In this document: positions 9,806 through 19,754 of the stretch, one piece after another | Layout of the letters: the number at the start of each line of letters is the position of its first letter | Numbering within the stretch: position 1 is the first letter of the stretch | Assembly: GCA_963786105.1 (NCBI GenBank) | Contig: CAWAXX010000023.1 | Span: 224,001-288,000 of the forward strand | DNA: 64,000 bases | DNA from: Vulcanimicrobiota bacterium | GTDB lineage: Bacteria; Vulcanimicrobiota; Vulcanimicrobiia; Vulcanimicrobiales; Vulcanimicrobiaceae | Reading direction: 5' to 3' | Notes under the pieces: model-generated | Seen by the model: only the letters and a program-made list of their open reading frames with translations | The model's database searches: none | Told to the model about the DNA's origin: nothing | Position numbers and translations under genes: made by a program

Positions 9806-10298
9806 AACGGCGAGAGCCGATCCCACGAGACGCGTCTGAGACCATCCTCGGGAGGCACGACGATGTGGTCCGTCTGGTGATGTCCGGCAACGCTCGCCGT
9901 TTGCATAAGTCTGGAGGTTTGTTTTCGCCCAAGCAAAAATCGCGATAGAGCGCCATCGCGCTGTCGGCCGACGGGAGGCGAGCCGCTCGGAAAGCGCCGG
10001 CACGCTGTTAATTTGGGATGCAACCAGCGGCAAAGCAATAGCGAACGTAAGCAGTTGATACGTGGGGCGTTTTTGGCAAACGGGGCCTTCTTGGTTGCGA
10101 AGATTTGGAATCAGGAGGGTTCCCAACAAGTCATGAAGGTTGTTGATTGCCGCGCGGGCACGTCGCAGGCGCCTTTACCATTCCGAGCGGCTTTGGCGCG
10201 GAGCGAGCCGCCGCCGCATCCGATGGTAAGCGCGTCCTCGTGGCCAGCAGCGACGGATTGATACGAATAATCTAAGGACGTCGCGGGGGAGGGAGTTT

Positions 10299-11273
10299 AT
10301 GGGCGTTCCGCAAGACATTATCGCCGCAATAGCGAGCTCGAGCGTAGTTTCTGCGCTAATAAGCGGAGGATTCGGCGCATATCAGATACGAAAAAAAGCC
10401 CAGCTCGACGAGCAGCAGGCGGCGAGTAACGCCAGGCGTGACTACGAGTATGAAGCGCGCAAGCGCCTGTACACCGTTTGCGAACCACTGATTTTTCAGC
10501 TCATCGAATCCGGGCAGGTGGCGACAAAGCGAATCCGCATCATCAGCACGTGGGCAAACACAAACTCGCTAGATAAGGCTCTGCTCAACGCCTACTTTTT
10601 CAATGCCACGGTGTATCGACTCTTCGTCCCCGTGGCGATTGCCAGCGAGTTCGAGCGGCAGCTGACTCTGGTAGATTTGGCGGTGGATTCGAGGATCAAC
10701 AGTGCTCATAAGCTTTCCAGAATGTTGTACCAATCGTTCAACGCGGTGGACGAGGTTGGGCGGGCCGCTCCCAAAGTGGACTATCAACCCGCAGAGCAGG
10801 ACGAGGTGCTGGTCGCGGGCGACTTGGCAGGAGCGTCTGATGCAATGATTTTGGAGGAAAATGGAGCTCGACATTTGATGTCGTTCGGCCAGTATGAGGC
10901 GCTTTTCGCCAAGGAACAAAGACCAAACTCGTCGCAGCCGGTCGACGAGGGGAACCGAAAGAAGCTCCTCGCGCCGGTCCGTCGACTATTTGAGGATTTT
11001 AGTCCCTCAGGCAAGCCGGCTTTATGGCGAACGTTGCTCGTTCAGGTGCTCATCTACCAGGCTCTCTACGCGCTGGGGTCACTTCGTTCAGACGTTCCCA
11101 CAACGACCTTGCGTCCGACCCCGCCGGGCCAAGGCTTTAGGGAGAGATTTCGATGGGAACCGAAATCTCAACAGGGCGATCGCAGCGCAACATCTCTCTT
11201 CGGTCAGTTTGATGCTGCCTGGGAGTACGTGACGAGTCGGGTGGAGGCGTCAGAATTTGACGAATGGCAATAA
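10299..11273 (+). CDS. Hypothetical protein with N-terminal hydrophobic helix
   Basis: Strong RBS (ggagggag), 324-aa ORF; no family recognised. Confidence 0.75.
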   Translation: MGVPQDIIAAIASSSVVSALISGGFGAYQIRKKAQLDEQQAASNARRDYEYEARKRLYTVCEPLIFQLIESGQVATKRIRIISTWANTNSLDKALLNAYFFNATVYRLFVPVAIASEFERQLTLVDLAVDSRINSAHKLSRMLYQSFNAVDEVGRAAPKVDYQPAEQDEVLVAGDLAGASDAMILEENGARHLMSFGQYEALFAKEQRPNSSQPVDEGNRKKLLAPVRRLFEDFSPSGKPALWRTLLVQVLIYQALYALGSLRSDVPTTTLRPTPPGQGFRERFRWEPKSQQGDRSATSLFGQFDAAWEYVTSRVEASEFDEWQ

Positions 11274-11318
11274 GCTCAGCTCAGGACGACACACGAAGAT
11301 CGCTACCTCAAAACCTCC

Positions 11319-12671
11319 CTAGCGATGAGAGCGTTTTGCGAGTTGCGCGACTTTCGAGGCCATCCGCGGAAAACCAATATCGGGCGCTTTGAAATGTTGC
11401 AGCTTTCGATCCGAGAGGTTTACCGTAACGAAGTCGTTCGGTGTTTTTGCGTGCGCCCCGTCGGCCGCGGGGTGATATTCGATTCGAAGCTGGTCGGCAG
11501 TAGCGATCACGCGGAGGTAGCCGTAGCCGCCGTCGTCGTAGTTCTCGAAAGCAATTTTGTCACGACCCTTTGAAGCGGGCTGGATGACCTGCGGCGTTCG
11601 AATGGCCGTGTCGCCGTCGGGGCCGGGAACCTTCGAGAGGCGTTGGAAGTTGTGACCTCCGTTACCGCAGACGACGTATGGGATTTCGGTACCGTCGCTG
11701 CGATAGCGCGTAAATCGTTGATAGTTGTGGGCGTGCCCGGCCAGATCGGCGTGCGGCCAGAGGCCGACCTTATGGCATACGGCGTCGATCTGCCCTTGCA
11801 TCTTCACGCTCCACCCGTGTCGCGAAAGCGTATATGGCGGATGATGATGCGCGAACAGCAGCGCTCCCCGGTAGTTCTCGGCTTTTAGGCGCCTGAGCGC
11901 CGTTTCGAGAAAGACGATCTGGGAATTCCCGATATGACTATCGGCGATCACTCCCGGATCTTCGAGCGAATTGCTGAAGAGGACGATAATGCGAACGAAG
12001 GGCGCCTCAAAAGTAAAGAACACGCCCGGCTGAATCTGGGCCGTCCGGGAAAGGCCTCCAGCCTCGGGTAAGATTTCGAACTGCTTCGCGCAAAAATTTC
12101 GAAGAAATCCCTCGAGGCTCGTCTCGGGCATTCCCGGCGGAACCATGCTATCGTGGTTGCCGGCGGCAGCGAGGATGGGCGCCGGGTAGTCGCGGTATGG
12201 ATCGTAGAACTGATCGTAATAATACTGCAATTCGCCGAAGCTGTAGACGATATCGCCGAGCAACAGGTTGAACTGCGGTATCTCGCGGTCATCCTGTTCC
12301 TGAAAATCGGTCAGCAGCTTGTCGGTGACGAGACTCTGCGTCTGTGGGCCCTTTAGGCTTCCGCAATCTCCCAACGCGTGAAAAACGATCTGCTTATTGC
12401 CGGTAATCCACTGAATCCCCTGACGGCTCTTTCCGAGAACGTCGTACAGGTTCAGGCGCGGCTCCGGAACGCCTCGCGGTTCGGGAAATTTGGTTGCCTG
12501 AAGCCGATGCTTCTTGTTGAGCGCGTCGATCGCGTGATAAAAGGGACCATCTGAGGGATGTTTGACGAGGAACGTGTTCGGATCGGGTGTCGGGCGTTTC
12601 TCGCCGAATGTTGGCGCACCGACGACTCGAAGTTGCGTGTGCGCGGCGGCCCTCCGACCTTTGTTAGGCAC
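11319..12671 (-). CDS. Calcineurin-like metallophosphoesterase (purple acid phosphatase-like)
   Basis: GDCG, GDIVY, GNHD, HHPPY, GHAHNYQR motifs; AAGGAGG RBS favours GTG 12671 over 12680. Confidence 0.9.
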   Translation of the reverse strand: MPNKGRRAAAHTQLRVVGAPTFGEKRPTPDPNTFLVKHPSDGPFYHAIDALNKKHRLQATKFPEPRGVPEPRLNLYDVLGKSRQGIQWITGNKQIVFHALGDCGSLKGPQTQSLVTDKLLTDFQEQDDREIPQFNLLLGDIVYSFGELQYYYDQFYDPYRDYPAPILAAAGNHDSMVPPGMPETSLEGFLRNFCAKQFEILPEAGGLSRTAQIQPGVFFTFEAPFVRIIVLFSNSLEDPGVIADSHIGNSQIVFLETALRRLKAENYRGALLFAHHHPPYTLSRHGWSVKMQGQIDAVCHKVGLWPHADLAGHAHNYQRFTRYRSDGTEIPYVVCGNGGHNFQRLSKVPGPDGDTAIRTPQVIQPASKGRDKIAFENYDDGGYGYLRVIATADQLRIEYHPAADGAHAKTPNDFVTVNLSDRKLQHFKAPDIGFPRMASKVAQLAKRSHR

Positions 12672-13058
12672 GAAATTCACCCTCCTTTTCGTACTGGCGC
12701 ACGGCGCCCCTGAATGGTTAAACAGGCACTGCGCCTTCCCTGGTGGGCTGGACCACGCGCTTAGGCACCCGCGAGTTTGCTGAGTTTCCCTTAGCGCACA
12801 ATAGCAAAAAGCTCATAGCCGCGGCCTAACGTGTGGGCCCCGGATAGCATCTTTTTTCGCTTGAACGAACGTATCCGTACAATCGGCGACGTAGGCGTGC
12901 GGCAGGGACTCGGACCGCCGCCGCGCCGATTAAGGATTTGCGCTCGACTGGTAGGTTCGTAGGAGGGTGGCCTCTTGAGAAAGGGGAACAACCAAGCACT
13001 AGCGTCGACACCAGGACGCTAGGCCATTTTCGTTGCTCGGCTAGGGAGGGTTCTGGCA

Positions 13059-14051
13059 ATGGGCAAAACCGGCATCGCCGTCGTCTTCGTGCTCTTAACG
13101 TCGACGTTCGCGGGATGCGAGCACCCGGTCGATCTTCAGAAAATCCAAGCCTACGCGAACGCCGTCGCATCGGCGGCGCCTTCGTTCGACGTAGTGGCCG
13201 ACGACTATGCGAGAACGTGCGTGCAGATACGCGAACATACGGACCAATCACACGCGTGGCTCCAAAACGCACCCAAAGCAGAATTCACACCACCTCCATC
13301 GCCGGCTCCTGCGGCTACGACGAGTGGTTTCGGTCAGTCGTACCCCAATTGTGCCGACGCGGCGCTAGTCGCCCAGCAGTGGCAGAAGCGCAACAAGGTG
13401 GTCGTCGACTACGTCTACGCGCTTGCGGCGATTGCCGGCGTCAACACGAAGCCCAGCGGATTGAGCGATCTCACCGGTCAACTTACGAACGTAGGGCTGG
13501 TCGGTACGGCTCCCGCGACGCTCTTCACCGACCTGGGAAATGCGATTATCCAATCCCTTCTGGAATCCGAGCAGCAGGCAGCTTTACGCAAGGCTCTCCA
13601 GCAAGGGAACGGTCCTTTTCAAGACTCGACGGCCGCTCTCCGCAAGCTCTCGGCTAGCTATCAAATTCTGCTTGCCAGCGACCTCGTGCAAACGGATGGC
13701 TTTTACCAGGTTGACGTCCGGAAGCGACTGGCGGAGCGCGCGGCTCTAGAAAACGCCCCGAAGAAGCCCGGCAACGCTTCCCTCATGGCCATGGAGCTCA
13801 CGTTGCACGTTGCGCCGGTAGACATCTACAACGAACGGCAGCAATGGCTCGCCGAGAGGATTAACATTCAAACTCGGATGAGCCAAGCTACCGCGTACGA
13901 TTCCACGATGAGCGACCTGGCATCTACGAACAAAGATCTCACCGAGGCAAGCGAAAAAGGTGCGTCGTTCGGCGATATGATCGACGTCGTCAATCAACAC
14001 GTCGTGCCGATCGTCAACGATGCCTCAGCACTGACAAATCCGGGAAAGTGA
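13059..14051 (+). CDS. Hypothetical alpha-helical lipoprotein
   Basis: Lipobox FAGC after hydrophobic stretch; RBS gggagg; helical/coiled-coil composition. Confidence 0.8.
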   Translation: MGKTGIAVVFVLLTSTFAGCEHPVDLQKIQAYANAVASAAPSFDVVADDYARTCVQIREHTDQSHAWLQNAPKAEFTPPPSPAPAATTSGFGQSYPNCADAALVAQQWQKRNKVVVDYVYALAAIAGVNTKPSGLSDLTGQLTNVGLVGTAPATLFTDLGNAIIQSLLESEQQAALRKALQQGNGPFQDSTAALRKLSASYQILLASDLVQTDGFYQVDVRKRLAERAALENAPKKPGNASLMAMELTLHVAPVDIYNERQQWLAERINIQTRMSQATAYDSTMSDLASTNKDLTEASEKGASFGDMIDVVNQHVVPIVNDASALTNPGK

Positions 14052-14061
14052 GGCGAACTCA

Positions 14062-14463
14062 ATGGCTAGTCCCCTGTCGTCGGACCAACTCTCGTCACTA
14101 GCGAAAGAGTATTCTCAGTTCGCGTCCACGCTCAATGACTTTCTCGATAACAACGATATTCCGGATCCGGACTACACGAGTCTACGAAATGCGGCTTCTA
14201 AGTGCGCCACGATTGCGGCAAGCTTAGCAATCGACGCAGCGGTAACCGAGTTTTCGGACTCAGACGCCGCGTTCCGCAACTTGTCTCAGGTTACGACCGA
14301 CGCGAACCATGCGGCAGACGGAATAAACAAAGAGGCCGCGAGCATTAAGAAAGCGCTCAGCATCGCAACGGGAATGCTGCAGTTGGCGACTGGACTCGTG
14401 AGCGGTAATCCCGGCAACGTCATCTCGGCCATAGGAAGTTTGCATAGCAGCATCTGGGGCTGA
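14062..14463 (+). CDS. Small helical hypothetical protein, co-transcribed with the lipoprotein
   Basis: 10-bp gap after previous stop; C-terminal Gly/Ala hydrophobic hairpin. Confidence 0.75.
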   Translation: MASPLSSDQLSSLAKEYSQFASTLNDFLDNNDIPDPDYTSLRNAASKCATIAASLAIDAAVTEFSDSDAAFRNLSQVTTDANHAADGINKEAASIKKALSIATGMLQLATGLVSGNPGNVISAIGSLHSSIWG

Positions 14464-14510
14464 GGAAACGCCGCGCCACGAAGGCGCGGCCGGCAAATGG
14501 AGGCATAATC

Positions 14511-15143
14511 ATGAAGCAGCGTTTCCTCATCGGAGCGCTTCTGCTGACGTCTCTCGTGACGCTGCTCCTTGGCCTGGCATACTGGCGCGAGACGCGTTCC
14601 ACAAGCGGGGTGTCGAAAGCCGCAACGCTTGAGCAAGGCGCCGACAGTGGATCGGACTTCTTCTTGGAAGGCCAGTTGGTGCGGGCGTATCTAACCGTCG
14701 AGCCTGCACAAGTTCGACCGAACGACTCCGTGAAGGCAGTGCTCAAGCTCGGGCCACTTGCATCGAAAGGTGCGGGCCCGGGGCTCGGTAACGAGCACGA
14801 TGGTTTCCTCAGCCCAAGCATCGCAGCGTCGGATTGTACGGCCCAGACGTCGCAAAAGGATGCGAAGTCCACAAAGTCGATGATCCAGGCGTTCGCATGG
14901 AGTTGGTCTATAAACTGCCAAACGGAGGGAAAGAAGGTGGTTCAGATCACCCTCGCGTTTCGCCCGGCAGGTGCTGAGAACGACTCCGATCCAGTAGCCT
15001 TTCAAGCCTCGCGGGAGTTTACCGTTGAAAAGTCGCCGTTGGAACGAACGCTTGGTTTCATTGCCGCGATCAGCCTTCTTGGCCCACTCATTTCAACGAT
15101 TCTCCTGGTTATCGATCGATTCCGGACACGGAAGAGCGCGTGA
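14511..15143 (+). CDS. Hypothetical membrane protein (N- and C-terminal TM helices)
   Basis: RBS ggagg; two hydrophobic segments flanking a beta-rich domain with two Cys. Confidence 0.75.
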   Translation: MKQRFLIGALLLTSLVTLLLGLAYWRETRSTSGVSKAATLEQGADSGSDFFLEGQLVRAYLTVEPAQVRPNDSVKAVLKLGPLASKGAGPGLGNEHDGFLSPSIAASDCTAQTSQKDAKSTKSMIQAFAWSWSINCQTEGKKVVQITLAFRPAGAENDSDPVAFQASREFTVEKSPLERTLGFIAAISLLGPLISTILLVIDRFRTRKSA

Positions 15144-15154
15144 GAACCGGGGCT

Positions 15155-15934
15155 CTAGTGAACGGAGACATGGAGCTCAGCTGCGTTCATTGCGCGTGAG
15201 TGCGGATTTCGGTCTCCGCACAACTGGCTAACGAGATCGGTCGTCTGCTGGGTTGGTCTGATTCCGAGATGGCGCTCTAGATAGGCGACGAGTGCATCGT
15301 ATTGCTCCACCGCGCGCGCGCGCTGACCGAGCGCGACGAAACATCGAATTACGAGACACGTCGCGCTTTCGTGCCCGGGTTCGGCAGCGATCAACTGCAG
15401 GCCGCACGACAAGGCTCGCCCGGGATCTCCGCTCGAAACCGCTTCCTCGGCGAGACGATGCATCGCACAGCTGTACGCACTCGCGCAACGAATGCGCAAC
15501 GGCTGCAGCCAATCGGCGGTTTCGCCGGCAAGGAACTCGCCGGCGTACAACTCCGCAGCCAGCTGGAGCGCTTCACTACTCTTACTGCGGCACAACTCCA
15601 GGAATTCACTCGCGTCCGACGTGACGTGCGTTTGCGGCCCCCATGCGTAACCGCCTGCGGCACACTCGATCACGTCCTCTCCCCCCAGCAGTTCGCGCAG
15701 ATAGGTCCGCGCGCCGCTGGCGGCGAGGTGAATTCGATGCGTGACCATTTCGAGGTCGAGCCCGGGCCAAAAGGCTTCGGCGAGCTCGTCGACGGTTGCA
15801 AGCCTGCGGGGATAAGCCCCGAGGTACTGTATGAAGTCCCGGCCCTTTTTCGCCGATGGCCCACGATACCAGCGGGTCTCCGCCTGAATCCCAAAATCTC
15901 CGAGGAACCGAAAATGCAAGCGCACGTCGTTCAT
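15155..15934 (-). CDS. SARP/AfsR-family transcriptional activator (wHTH + BTAD)
   Basis: FRFLGDF, ELAEAFWP, SDASEF, ELYAGEFL...DWL, EPGHES, LGQRARAVEQY...LGIRP. Confidence 0.9.
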   Translation of the reverse strand: MNDVRLHFRFLGDFGIQAETRWYRGPSAKKGRDFIQYLGAYPRRLATVDELAEAFWPGLDLEMVTHRIHLAASGARTYLRELLGGEDVIECAAGGYAWGPQTHVTSDASEFLELCRSKSSEALQLAAELYAGEFLAGETADWLQPLRIRCASAYSCAMHRLAEEAVSSGDPGRALSCGLQLIAAEPGHESATCLVIRCFVALGQRARAVEQYDALVAYLERHLGIRPTQQTTDLVSQLCGDRNPHSRAMNAAELHVSVH

Positions 15935-16014
15935 TTTGGCGCCTTTACTAGGTAGTGTAGCGGATCGGAGGAAGGCGAGAGTGAGTCGAGAGCCGCTTAG
16001 GTTAGCGTTGACTG

Positions 16015-16290
16015 GTGAACCTGGCCGAGGGGGCGCCTCTATCCCTGATCGTGCGTCTAGCGTCGGATGAGGGGGACCGCGTCGTGTGCGCGCGGGCGAC
16101 GCCGGCCGACGACGGCTTCGGACTCGCGAGTGACGGCGCGACTTTGCTCGTAAAGTTGTGGTTCGAGGGACCCGACGTCATTCGTGGATCCATCACGCAT
16201 CCGAAGTCGGGCTGCATCGCCATGGTGCAGGGCAACGACGCGCTACGCCGGGTCGCCGAAGAGGTGAGATTGAGGCTGACGAAGGCGTAA
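16015..16290 (+). CDS. Small hypothetical protein divergent from the BTAD regulator
   Basis: Motif LLVKLWFE..IRGSITHPKSG; true start may be GTG 15981 (RBS ggagg) if one base near 16014 is extra. Confidence 0.65.
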   Translation: MNLAEGAPLSLIVRLASDEGDRVVCARATPADDGFGLASDGATLLVKLWFEGPDVIRGSITHPKSGCIAMVQGNDALRRVAEEVRLRLTKA

Positions 16291-16465
16291 GATTTGCAGT
16301 CCATTGTGACACCACGGGCACGAGATTGGACTAAAAAAGTTGCCAGCAGGGGCTCGCTTAGTATACGCCAATCCGATGCGTTAGGCAAGGCGTCCTGGCT
16401 TCAACGCCGGAGGAAATCTAGGCGTCGCTGCAAGCAGAAAGGGTGCACCATAATTTGAGCTTCGC

Positions 16466-18331
16466 ATGAACGACTCTAGCGGTACGCGCATTACTCAGCC
16501 GCTGCTCGATCTCGCAAAACGGACGCCCAGCGACTCGTTTAATATTGTCGTACGCGCCATAGTTCCGCCTGATACGGACGCAAGTCTTGCGTCGAATCAG
16601 GTTTCCACCATCCTGCAGCAGGTTAAGTCCGCAATCGACGGACTCGATCTCGCAAAAGGCGAAGGCACGACTTGGAGCGGGGAACAGGCTGCATCGCCGT
16701 TTCTCTACGCAATATTGACCGGCGCCCACGTTCTTGCGCTCGAACAAAAAATTCCGCCCGCCCTTCCGATCGAGTTTCGCCGGGATCAGACGCCACTGGA
16801 CGCGACGGCGATTTTCGACCCCGAGGATTTGGTGGGCCGAGTCATTGCCGAGCCGCTGGCGTCGAAAATCAGGGCGAATCCGGACGCGCCTTACGACTGC
16901 ATTATCGTGCTCAACGACCGGCATCCCGAGGGGGTCCAAATAGCGCGTGCGACGGTCGTACGTTTTCTCGATGTCGTCGGCCGGCGGTGCGGATCTCCCA
17001 TTCGCTTTCGGAGTGACGAGAACGCTTCGCATGCCTACGTCTTCGCTACTTTGACCGGAGCACAAGTGAGAGCACTCATCGATTTGGATCGCAATCCAAA
17101 AACCGGTCCCAACTCAATCCATCAGATATGGGAAGACAGTCAAGTACGGCCGTTGATTACGAAATCCATTGCGACCGTTAAGGCCGATGCGGCCCAAATT
17201 GCATACAGCGCTGCCGGGGTGGGGATCGTTTGGGCGGTGATCGACTCGGGCATCGACGTTGCGCACCCACATTTCAAAGCCAATCAAAACTTCAACCTCG
17301 ACGCCGTACGGCCCGTGCGCCATCGCGACTTTATCGGCGCGATGCCGCCGTCATCCGATCCATCAAAGGACGATCCCGGAGCGATGGTCGACGGGCTTGG
17401 CCACGGCACGCACGTCGCGGGGATCATTGCGGGTACCTGGAGTGCGCCGGCGCAGCCGGCGAGCGGCTCGGCCGCCCCGGCGCGTCCGACGGTATTGCTC
17501 ACCGCGCGCGACGGCTCGGGTGCGGACGAGCGCGTCCTCGACTATCCGCCCGTGATCACGGGCATGGCCCCGAAGTGCACGCTGGTCAGCATGCGCGTTC
17601 TCGACGATCGCGGGAACGGACAAGTTTCAACGATCATCGATGCACTCGAAGAAATCCAAAAGCTGAATAGTTACGGCCGGCGAATCGTAATCGCCGGCGT
17701 GAACTTGAGCATCGGTTATCCTTTCGATGCGAAGTGGTTTGCATGCGGGCAGAGCCCACTCTGCGTTGAGGTGAATCGCCTCGTCCGCGCCGGCGTCGTC
17801 GTCGTTTCCGCGGCCGGCAACTCGGGATTCGGCACCTTCAACACCACCTTTACGCAAGGCTGGAGTGCGACCATTCCGCAGACGATCAACGACCCTGGGA
17901 ACGCCGATCTGGCGATTACGGTGGGATCGACGCATCGCGAAGCGCCGCACCTGTACGGCGTATCGTATTTCTCGTCGAAAGGCCCAACGGGAGATGGAAG
18001 GCTCAAGCCGGATTTGGTGGCGCCCGGTGAGAAGATCGTGTCCTGCGCATCGTCGCAGAGCCGGCTGCCCGTCACCGTTTCGAACCCCGACGGCACCACC
18101 AGCAGCGTTCCGAGCGACGGCTACACCTACCGTGAGGATTCCGGAACGAGCATGGCAGCCCCCCACGTATCCGGCCTCATCGCAGGTTTTCTTTCGATTC
18201 GCAAGGAGTACATCGGCCAACCGGAAGACGTAAAAGCGCTCTTCGTCGAGAACGCCACCGATCTCAAACGGGACCACACGTTTCAAGGCGCAGGCCTGGT
18301 CGATATCATGCGAGCCATCCAAGCCGTGTAG
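16466..18331 (+). CDS. S8 (subtilisin-like) serine peptidase, no signal peptide
   Basis: Catalytic triad motifs VIDSGID, HGTHVAGII, SGTSMAAPHVSG; AAGNSG; SSKGPTGDGRLKPDLVAPG. Confidence 0.95.
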   Translation: MNDSSGTRITQPLLDLAKRTPSDSFNIVVRAIVPPDTDASLASNQVSTILQQVKSAIDGLDLAKGEGTTWSGEQAASPFLYAILTGAHVLALEQKIPPALPIEFRRDQTPLDATAIFDPEDLVGRVIAEPLASKIRANPDAPYDCIIVLNDRHPEGVQIARATVVRFLDVVGRRCGSPIRFRSDENASHAYVFATLTGAQVRALIDLDRNPKTGPNSIHQIWEDSQVRPLITKSIATVKADAAQIAYSAAGVGIVWAVIDSGIDVAHPHFKANQNFNLDAVRPVRHRDFIGAMPPSSDPSKDDPGAMVDGLGHGTHVAGIIAGTWSAPAQPASGSAAPARPTVLLTARDGSGADERVLDYPPVITGMAPKCTLVSMRVLDDRGNGQVSTIIDALEEIQKLNSYGRRIVIAGVNLSIGYPFDAKWFACGQSPLCVEVNRLVRAGVVVVSAAGNSGFGTFNTTFTQGWSATIPQTINDPGNADLAITVGSTHREAPHLYGVSYFSSKGPTGDGRLKPDLVAPGEKIVSCASSQSRLPVTVSNPDGTTSSVPSDGYTYREDSGTSMAAPHVSGLIAGFLSIRKEYIGQPEDVKALFVENATDLKRDHTFQGAGLVDIMRAIQAV

Positions 18332-18346
18332 TGAAGGAGCGATTGA

Positions 18347-19703
18347 ATGAACTTCGATCCATTTCAAACCGTGGAGGTCCCATTCGATAAAGACGGGCGA
18401 ATTACGCCGCTAGGCGGGATCGACGGGACGGGGGCGCAAGCCGCGATCGACGCGATGCTACCGAACGTGGATGACGTCATCGTGATTTCGCACGGTTGGA
18501 ACAATGACATCGACGATGCGCGACGTCTGTACACCGGCTTCTTCGGCAGCCTTGCGGCGGCGTGGAGCGCAGCCGGCCTGACGCCGGCGGACCTTGCGCG
18601 TACCGGGGTCGTGGCGCTGTACTGGCCGTCAAAGCGGTTCGACGAATCGGATCTCATTCCGGGGGGTGCCGCTGCAATCGACGATCCGACCGACTACGGT
18701 GCCGTGATTGCCACGCAGGTTGCCAATCTCAAAGATCAATTCGGCCAGTTCGACGATGGGCAGAAGCAGCTTCTCGACACGGCTCTGCAGCAGGTTCCCA
18801 CGCTCGACAGTGAAGCCGCACAAAACGCTTTCGTCGCGGCGCTTGCGGGGCTACTCCCAAAGACGACAAGCGAAGCCGATCAAGGCCTTGACACGAGCAC
18901 GAGCGACCTTAGCGGCGGAGACGGCTCGGGTAATTCTCCAAAACATTGCGACGCAGCTGGGAGCGCAAAACGTTGCGCCGGCCGGTGCCGGAGGAGCGGC
19001 GGGAGTTGCATCCTTCAATCCTATCGGCGACCTGCAAAAAGCCGGGAATATGCTTCTAAATCTAACGACGTACTACGTCATGAAAGAACGGGCTGGAACG
19101 ATCGGCCAAAACGGTGCGGCGCCGCTCGTTGCCGCCATGCTGCAGGCGAAACCGGATCTTCGCGTGCATTTGGTCGGACATAGCTTTGGTGGGCGCCTGG
19201 TCACATCGCTGGCGAATGCGCTGCCGGACGGCATTCAGGTTTCCACGCTATCGCTTCTGCAGGCCGCCTACTCGCATTACGGTTTGGCACCCGCACCGGC
19301 TGATGGAAGCCGCCCTGTTGGCGCATTCCGGGACGTCGTTGCGAAGCACAAGGTGCGCGACATCATTCAGATCACGCACAGCTCGCACGACTGGGCCGTC
19401 GGTGCAGCGTATCCGATTGCATCGTACATCTCCCGCGACGTCGCCGGCGCATTGCCGACGATCAGCGTTCCGGGCACGGCAAGCAGCCTGTGGGGCGGCA
19501 TGGGCGCAAGTGGGGCGCAGCAGACCGCGGAGGCCTTCGACGATACGCTGCTCGACGGAAATGCGGTGTATCCACCGTTGCCGGCGGGGAAGTTGATCCG
19601 CAACCTCGACGGCGACGCGTTCATTTCGAGCCACGGCGACGTCGACGGCTCGCAAGTTGCCTGGGCATTTCTGCAAGGCTTCAAGTTCGCCCGCTCTTCA
19701 TGA
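18347..19703 (+). CDS. Alpha/beta hydrolase-fold protein, split by a one-base frameshift near 18929
   Basis: N-part has SHGWNN and LYWPS; C-part has TTYYVMKERAG and nucleophile elbow GHSFGGR; frames join at tcg(g)gta; RBS aaggag. Confidence 0.8.
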
Positions 19704-19754
19704 GGATACTCAGCCGCGTCGAGTGGCGCGTAACATCGAGAAAGTGAGAATTCG

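Noticed and set aside
14470..14490. Intrinsic terminator after the 14062-14463 gene
   Set aside because: Hairpin gccgcgcc/ggcgcggc is present but has no U-tract
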